A DNA stretch of 64,000 bases, from IMG/VR virus record IMGVR_UViG_3300023184_009074, positions 1 through 64,000 of that record; one strand, written 5' to 3'. This document shows, piece by piece, positions 58,814 to 64,000 of the stretch. This stretch comes from a virus. Position numbers and translations under genes: made by a program. The first letter of the stretch is position 1. Every line of letters starts with the position of its first letter. The notes below the pieces were generated by a model. The model was not told the DNA's origin and searched no databases. It saw nothing but the letters and a program-made list of their open reading frames with translations.

Positions 58814-59188
58814 ATGAAGAAATTTAATTCTTGGTTAAATGAAAGTAAGTTTGAGGAAAAAAATATTATTAAAGAGGTTGATTTTAATAGTCCTTTCGCA
58901 AATATAAATAGACTTTCTTCATTGGAAAAAACTCCTCTTAAGAAATTTCAAAGAACCATTCAAGATTTAAAGGAAAAACACGGTAGTGATTTTAAAAGTA
59001 CAGCATCTAACAACAGAGCGATGCTTCTTAATAGTATAAGTTTAGTTCCATATGATAATGTTGATGATTTTATGAGGGATTGGAATTATGTGAAAAATCA
59101 TGTATCTCATACAGAAGATTTGAAAGTAGATAATCCTGTAGAGTTAGATAATTCTATAAAAGATGATTTAAATGTCGATAGAAAATAA
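58814..59188 (+). CDS. protein with a CTS-like N-terminus
   Basis: MKKFNSWLNES; AAGGA RBS. Confidence 0.7.
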   Translation: MKKFNSWLNESKFEEKNIIKEVDFNSPFANINRLSSLEKTPLKKFQRTIQDLKEKHGSDFKSTASNNRAMLLNSISLVPYDNVDDFMRDWNYVKNHVSHTEDLKVDNPVELDNSIKDDLNVDRK

Positions 59189-59210
59189 AGAATTAATACT
59201 TTTTTAATTA

Positions 59211-60362
59211 ATGAACAATAAAGAATTAAATATGAATAGCATAAAATCATATCTTTCAAGGGAAGATATTCAGAAGCAAATTAAAATTGCTATACAAAAT
59301 CATAAAAATATAGGATCTAACACTTATGATAAATTGAAAAATCAATTTAACATTAAAGAAAACTCATTAGTTGAAAAGGTTCATGTTCAGAATAATGAAT
59401 TGTTGCAAAAAAATAACTTTCAAGTAAGAAGATCTTCTATTATTAGAAATGATTCAGATAGAGAAGAAATAAATTTTTTAAAATTTATTTCTGAATTAGA
59501 TGAATTTATGAATGGTGACAAAAATGTTTATTTAACATTTGGTGGTGTTGGTGATTTATTATTACTTCTTGCTGTTTGTTACAATAACGAAAAAGCAAAT
59601 ATAATTTTTTTAGCAAACGATGAATCAAACCAGTTTGCTAAAAAATTTCTAGATTATTTTAATTTAAAATATGTTACTTACAAGAATTTAATGGGAACAA
59701 AATATTGTAATACTCTTTATAAAAAAGTTACTAGTCATCCTAATTTTACTTTATCTGCACATTTAGCAGATAGATGCGATTATGGAGATTGGAGAAAAAA
59801 TACTGATAAGTATAAGAACAGATTAGTATTTGGAACAGAATGGGTTAAGCTAATAGGAATTAAAAAAAGAGATAAGAAATATGCAATAGTTTGTCCTTCT
59901 GGTTCGCATAAATGCGAACATAGAAGAAGACACTTAAATATTCAAGAATATAATACTATTGTGAAAAAGTATTTAGAAAAAGGTTATGAAGTAATTACTG
60001 CAAGTAGCAAAAATGATTTAAAAAATTTGGGATTTTATCCTAATAAGAATTGTTATTGGCTTACAGACTCCGAACTTATTAATTACAGAGGTTTAAGTCA
60101 ACAAATTGACTTTAATGTTTTTTTGCAAATTATTATTTCTTGTGATGATTTAGTATCAATGGATACATGGATTAAAACATTTATGGCATTATGTGGTAAA
60201 CCAGCACATGTTATAAAGACTAGATATAATTCTAAATATCAAGAAATAGGAAAAGAATCTTGTGATTACATATTTTTAAATAAAGATTTTTGGCCAAAAC
60301 TAAAAATGCATACCTGTGAAGATTTTATTGAATATCTTGATTATTTACCAGAAGAACTATAA
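59211..60362 (+). CDS. GT9 (heptosyltransferase)-like GT-B glycosyltransferase
   Basis: GGVGDLLL, IVCPSGS, II.SCD.LVSMDT....MA..GKP. Confidence 0.7.
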   Translation: MNNKELNMNSIKSYLSREDIQKQIKIAIQNHKNIGSNTYDKLKNQFNIKENSLVEKVHVQNNELLQKNNFQVRRSSIIRNDSDREEINFLKFISELDEFMNGDKNVYLTFGGVGDLLLLLAVCYNNEKANIIFLANDESNQFAKKFLDYFNLKYVTYKNLMGTKYCNTLYKKVTSHPNFTLSAHLADRCDYGDWRKNTDKYKNRLVFGTEWVKLIGIKKRDKKYAIVCPSGSHKCEHRRRHLNIQEYNTIVKKYLEKGYEVITASSKNDLKNLGFYPNKNCYWLTDSELINYRGLSQQIDFNVFLQIIISCDDLVSMDTWIKTFMALCGKPAHVIKTRYNSKYQEIGKESCDYIFLNKDFWPKLKMHTCEDFIEYLDYLPEEL

Positions 60363-60731
60363 ATTATTATTCTCGGCAACTAAATTTTTAGTAATTACAC
60401 ATGTATTTTTTGCTTCTACTAAATTTAACAATTCATCATAAAAATAAGATTTTGCTAATTCTACTGCTTCGTTTTTAGTAACAAGCTCATCTGGATTATA
60501 AAAAAAATTAGTATTGTCTTTATAAAGAACAACCATTTTATTTGTTGAATAAGGTCCACCTGTAAAAATTAACTTTCTAATGCTTATAGATTCTAATTTG
60601 CCTTTTTTTGCTTTGTAACTTAGCCACGCAATATCTCCAACATTGAATTTATGGAATATGTTAATTCTTTTAAAGTAACCAGTACACAGACCAAATCTTA
60701 TTTTGCCACTGCCAGTATAATTGTAGTTCAT
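60357..60731 (-). CDS. hypothetical late protein
   Basis: TAAATA-N4-ATG; KFNVGDIAW SH3-like repeat shared with the neighbouring gene. Confidence 0.7.
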   Translation of the reverse strand: MNYNYTGSGKIRFGLCTGYFKRINIFHKFNVGDIAWLSYKAKKGKLESISIRKLIFTGGPYSTNKMVVLYKDNTNFFYNPDELVTKNEAVELAKSYFYDELLNLVEAKNTCVITKNLVAENNNL

Positions 60732-60738
60732 ATATTAT

Positions 60739-61539
60739 TTATTTTAAAGATTTTTTTTTTAAATCATTTTCATTAAATATCTTTGTTGTTTTTCCATTTG
60801 TTGCTTGATATTTAATTTCATTTTTTGAATTTAAAACATTGACTACAGTCCAAACATGTAATTTATTATCAAAACATAATTCTCCTTTGGAAAATTTATT
60901 TTTTATTAAAGATACTGATTCTAATTCATTTATTTTATCAATTACACTTTGAATTTTTGAATTAAGATTGTTTTGATAAAAATCATCAATTTCAGATGAA
61001 TCACGCAATTCGTTTTCATTAAATATTCTATTTTCTGATTTATTGCTTGCGTTAATAACAATTGAGTTATTCTGTTTCAATACTGATTTAATTTTCCATT
61101 GAATTCCGTAAACATCATATGCAATATCATCTGGTCTAAATTTAATTGATAAACTCAATGATTCAGGTTCTGGAGTAGGTACATATGAGTTTAGTTGATT
61201 AATTTTATTGATGATTGTTTCTATTTCATTGTCTAATTTATTTTGATGTATTGCGTTAATTTCAGCAGCATTAAATAAATTAAAATTATCAAATCTAACA
61301 ATATTAATTCCATTAAAAGCATCATAAAAAGAAATATTATTTTCATAATAGACATTTACAATACGCCATTCTATTCCTTTTAAATCATAGCCAATATCGA
61401 ATGGAACAAATTTTAAAATTGATCTAAATTCAAATATACTAATTGATGTGTATGCTACCCCAGAAAGGGTTACTTTGCCTTGCCCATCATAAGCAAAGCA
61501 TTTCAAATTCAAATTCATTAAGTATTGAATAATATGCAT
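60739..61539 (-). CDS. late protein with three SH3/KOW-like repeats
   Basis: Three copies of KF...D/E..YD....W.I..V.......Y.A.N......F....L; TAAATA-N4-ATG. Confidence 0.72.
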   Translation of the reverse strand: MHIIQYLMNLNLKCFAYDGQGKVTLSGVAYTSISIFEFRSILKFVPFDIGYDLKGIEWRIVNVYYENNISFYDAFNGINIVRFDNFNLFNAAEINAIHQNKLDNEIETIINKINQLNSYVPTPEPESLSLSIKFRPDDIAYDVYGIQWKIKSVLKQNNSIVINASNKSENRIFNENELRDSSEIDDFYQNNLNSKIQSVIDKINELESVSLIKNKFSKGELCFDNKLHVWTVVNVLNSKNEIKYQATNGKTTKIFNENDLKKKSLK

Positions 61540-61573
61540 ACTTTATTTATTTAAATAAGAAAATAAAAACGAA

Positions 61574-62110
61574 TTATTCTTTTTGTCCCATGATTTTAGC
61601 GTAGACATTTTGATGGTTAGGATTATTATTTATTATTCTAACTCTAATACCGTAAGGATCTAGGGTAGATGTTATTATTTCTGCTTGAACAAATTCCATT
61701 AAAATATAAGGAACTGCACTTGAGTAAAATCCTGTAGCGATAGTAGTCGCATTAATAATATTTCCTGCATTTAATACTCCATAATCAACAACTACTTTAC
61801 ATGGCCCTCCAGAAGAACTTGCCATAATGCCTTTTAAATAAAGTGTTGTAGAGGGGGCTAGAGTGTAATAAATATCGCCACTTGAGTATGGAGCAACAGA
61901 ATTTACTTCTCCATATTCACTTACAACTTTAGTATTATCCGTAGTTAAATTACTTGAAAATATAGTTCCTGATACTGGTTGAACAACACCGCTATTATCA
62001 ACTTTTAAAGCGTTGTTAATAACAACAGCTACTAAATCAGCTTGTCCAGAATCTCCAGTGTAGCCATCTCCGAATATTGTAACGCCTAAACCAGTATTTA
62101 TATCAGGCAT
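61574..62110 (-). CDS. putative virion structural protein
   Basis: Beta-rich; ALKVDNSGVVQPVSG; TAAATA box and RBS upstream. Confidence 0.65.
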   Translation of the reverse strand: MPDINTGLGVTIFGDGYTGDSGQADLVAVVINNALKVDNSGVVQPVSGTIFSSNLTTDNTKVVSEYGEVNSVAPYSSGDIYYTLAPSTTLYLKGIMASSSGGPCKVVVDYGVLNAGNIINATTIATGFYSSAVPYILMEFVQAEIITSTLDPYGIRVRIINNNPNHQNVYAKIMGQKE

Positions 62111-62247
62111 ATTATTCCTACTTTTAAATATAATATTTAATATTATGTATTATATTATATTGAAAAATATATTTAAATATATAAATGATTTTTTAAAAAT
62201 TAAATATTTTACATTGAATGTAATTGATATTTTTTTTACTTAAATAT

Positions 62248-62853
62248 TTAAATGTTTGTAGTCTCAAATCCTAAAAGTGTTGCTTCGTAATTTGCAGCTG
62301 GAGGGTTTCCATTATACGAAGAAATTAAATTTCCAACAATTTTAATTCTATATCCTTCTGGAATTGAGCCAATTGAAGTGGCAAGATTAAATATTCCATT
62401 TAAATTTCCCGCATTAGTTCTGTATGTGAAATATGTTTGACTATTTAATAAATCATCTTGAATAATTAATTTATATTTAGCTGGAAGATCACCGCTTACA
62501 TTAAAACCAGATATGTTAAAGCTTTTACCAGAATCAACAAGATAATTTAAAATTATTGTATTGCTTAAAACTACATTTGTTTTTTCTTCATATATTGGAA
62601 ATATATTTGTTACATGTGGAATATTTCTTGTTACTATTCCATATTCGCAGCCTTCTGCACTAGTATTCTGAATGCTGCAAATTTCTTCTAGGTTTTCTCC
62701 ACCTATTACAATTCTTGCTCTATGTCTAAGTTGAGTTGTAGGGCCAGGTCCAATCGGAAACAAAATTTTTGTTTCATCCATTATACTTCCGCCTTGTCCT
62801 GGACAAAGCTCAGTAAATGTAGACCTGTTTATTATTGGTTCATTGTTACACAT
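62248..62853 (-). CDS. putative virion structural protein
   Basis: Beta-rich C-terminal domain; structural-gene context. Confidence 0.62.
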   Translation of the reverse strand: MCNNEPIINRSTFTELCPGQGGSIMDETKILFPIGPGPTTQLRHRARIVIGGENLEEICSIQNTSAEGCEYGIVTRNIPHVTNIFPIYEEKTNVVLSNTIILNYLVDSGKSFNISGFNVSGDLPAKYKLIIQDDLLNSQTYFTYRTNAGNLNGIFNLATSIGSIPEGYRIKIVGNLISSYNGNPPAANYEATLLGFETTNI

Positions 62854-62949
62854 TTTTTTATTAATTCATTTATTATTAGTTCATAGTTACACATTTTTAA
62901 TTGTCACATAATATATATTTTAATCTTATATTTTTTGGAAATTAAATTT

Positions 62950-64000
62950 ATGAACAATAGAAATTTAAAGAACATACCTTGCAATTTACTTCCTTATATA
63001 AAAGAAAATGTTATCTCTTTTCAGAGCGAAGAGCAAAAATTAGGCTGGCAAATAACTAATTTCAATATACCAGACATATGGAAATTTTCCAAAGGTGAGA
63101 ATGTTAAAGTGGCAGTTTTGGATACTGGAATTGATTTAGAGCATAGTGATTTAAAAGAAAATATAGAAAATGGTGCTAATTTTGTAGAAAAAGATTTGCC
63201 TCCTCAAGATTTTAATTCTCATGGAACTCATGTTTCAGGCATTATTGCAGCAAAAAACAATGATTTTGGAATAGTTGGAATAGCACCTAAAGCTAAAATA
63301 ATACCAATCAAAGTATTAAATAATTATGGTGCTGGAGATATGGAAGCTGTATTAAACGGTATCAATTATGCTGTAAGTGTAAAAGCAGATATTATTTGCA
63401 TGTCTTTGGGAACAAGAGATCCAATCGAAGAAATTAGAGTTGCAATAGAAAATGCAGCAAAGAATAATACTGTTTGTTTTGTTGCTGCTGGAAATGCAGG
63501 TAATACAGAGCAGCTTTTATATCCTGCTGCATATACAGAAGCTATATCAATTGGTGCCGTAGATGAGAATTGCTTAAGAGCAAGTTTTAGTTGTACAGGG
63601 CCAAACTTAGATTTTGTAGCACCTGGCGTTAAAATTTACAGTAGTGTTCCAAAAAATACTTATGCTTACATGAGTGGATCTAGCATGGCATGCCCATTTG
63701 CTGTTGGTGTAGCAGCGTTAATTTTATCTTCTAAAAGAAATATTGATCCAAATGCTACAATGAATGCAGATGATTACAGAGAGGTTTTCAAGGAAAATTC
63801 TAAGACTGTGAAAAATTTAGAAGAATTATTGGCAAAGCAAGGAACTTCTAGATTTTGGCAAGGCATGGGTATTATAAATCCAGAAAGTTTTTCAGAATGG
63901 GTAGAGCTTAAGAACATTGAAACAATCAGAGAGAAAATTACAAATTTAATAGATTTGATTAATATGATTAAAAATAAATCAAATTTAAGTAGAATAATTA
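62950..64000 (+). CDS. subtilisin-like S8 serine protease (3'-truncated; absent from the ORF track)
   Basis: VAVLDTG, HGTHVSGIIAA, AAGN and SGSSMACP catalytic-triad motifs; frame open to the window end. Confidence 0.93.
   Translation, partial: MNNRNLKNIPCNLLPYIKENVISFQSEEQKLGWQITNFNIPDIWKFSKGENVKVAVLDTGIDLEHSDLKENIENGANFVEKDLPPQDFNSHGTHVSGIIAAKNNDFGIVGIAPKAKIIPIKVLNNYGAGDMEAVLNGINYAVSVKADIICMSLGTRDPIEEIRVAIENAAKNNTVCFVAAGNAGNTEQLLYPAAYTEAISIGAVDENCLRASFSCTGPNLDFVAPGVKIYSSVPKNTYAYMSGSSMACPFAVGVAALILSSKRNIDPNATMNADDYREVFKENSKTVKNLEELLAKQGTSRFWQGMGIINPESFSEWVELKNIETIREKITNLIDLINMIKNKSNLSRII

Noticed and set aside
62828-62898. Mini DGR TR/VR (both mismatches are A in one copy)
   Set aside because: Only two mismatches, the As are on the non-coding strand, the repeat is at the 5' end of the gene, and there is no RT.
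1-64000. Stop-codon reassignment as seen in some jumbo phages
   Set aside because: Conserved genes are full length in code 11, and TAG, TGA and TAA all end genes at sensible positions; the single in-frame TAA at 35821 is an isolated case.

Overview
A 64-kb segment of a very AT-rich, T4-like contractile-tailed jumbo phage genome, read in the standard genetic code. No tRNA, rRNA or CRISPR array was seen. All family assignments come from motif recognition by eye; no database search or folding program was run. Replication and recombination genes: Hel308/Ski2-like helicase, RecA/UvsX, gp32-like SSB, UvsY-like protein, gp41/DnaB helicase, a thumb-less and exonuclease-dead PolA, UvsW with a class 3 intein, gp47/gp46 and a Holliday junction resolvase. 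Nucleotide metabolism: class II RNR and CTP synthase. There are three sigma-like factors and a glycan/methylation module (IspD/TarI-like, LicD, GT25-kinase, RgpF-like, GT2, GT9-like, several methyltransferases, a tandem SET protein). Tail genes include the sheath, two tube paralogs, a terminator and a gp26-like hub. Partial genes for a mucin-like Pro/Thr protein and an S8 protease sit at the window edges. Most notable: (1) a ~500-bp densely base-paired non-coding element directly upstream of the thumb-less PolA, a candidate RNA-primed origin or polymerase-ncRNA system; (2) a likely programmed -1 frameshift fusing the gp26-like gene to an unannotated gp51-like ORF; (3) about 14 proteins with a T4 capsid-targeting-like FxxW/FLxE tag, including a modular ART/HAD effector cassette; (4) a recurring TA(A/T)ATA-N4-ATG leaderless late-promoter layout, including one perfectly symmetric bidirectional case.
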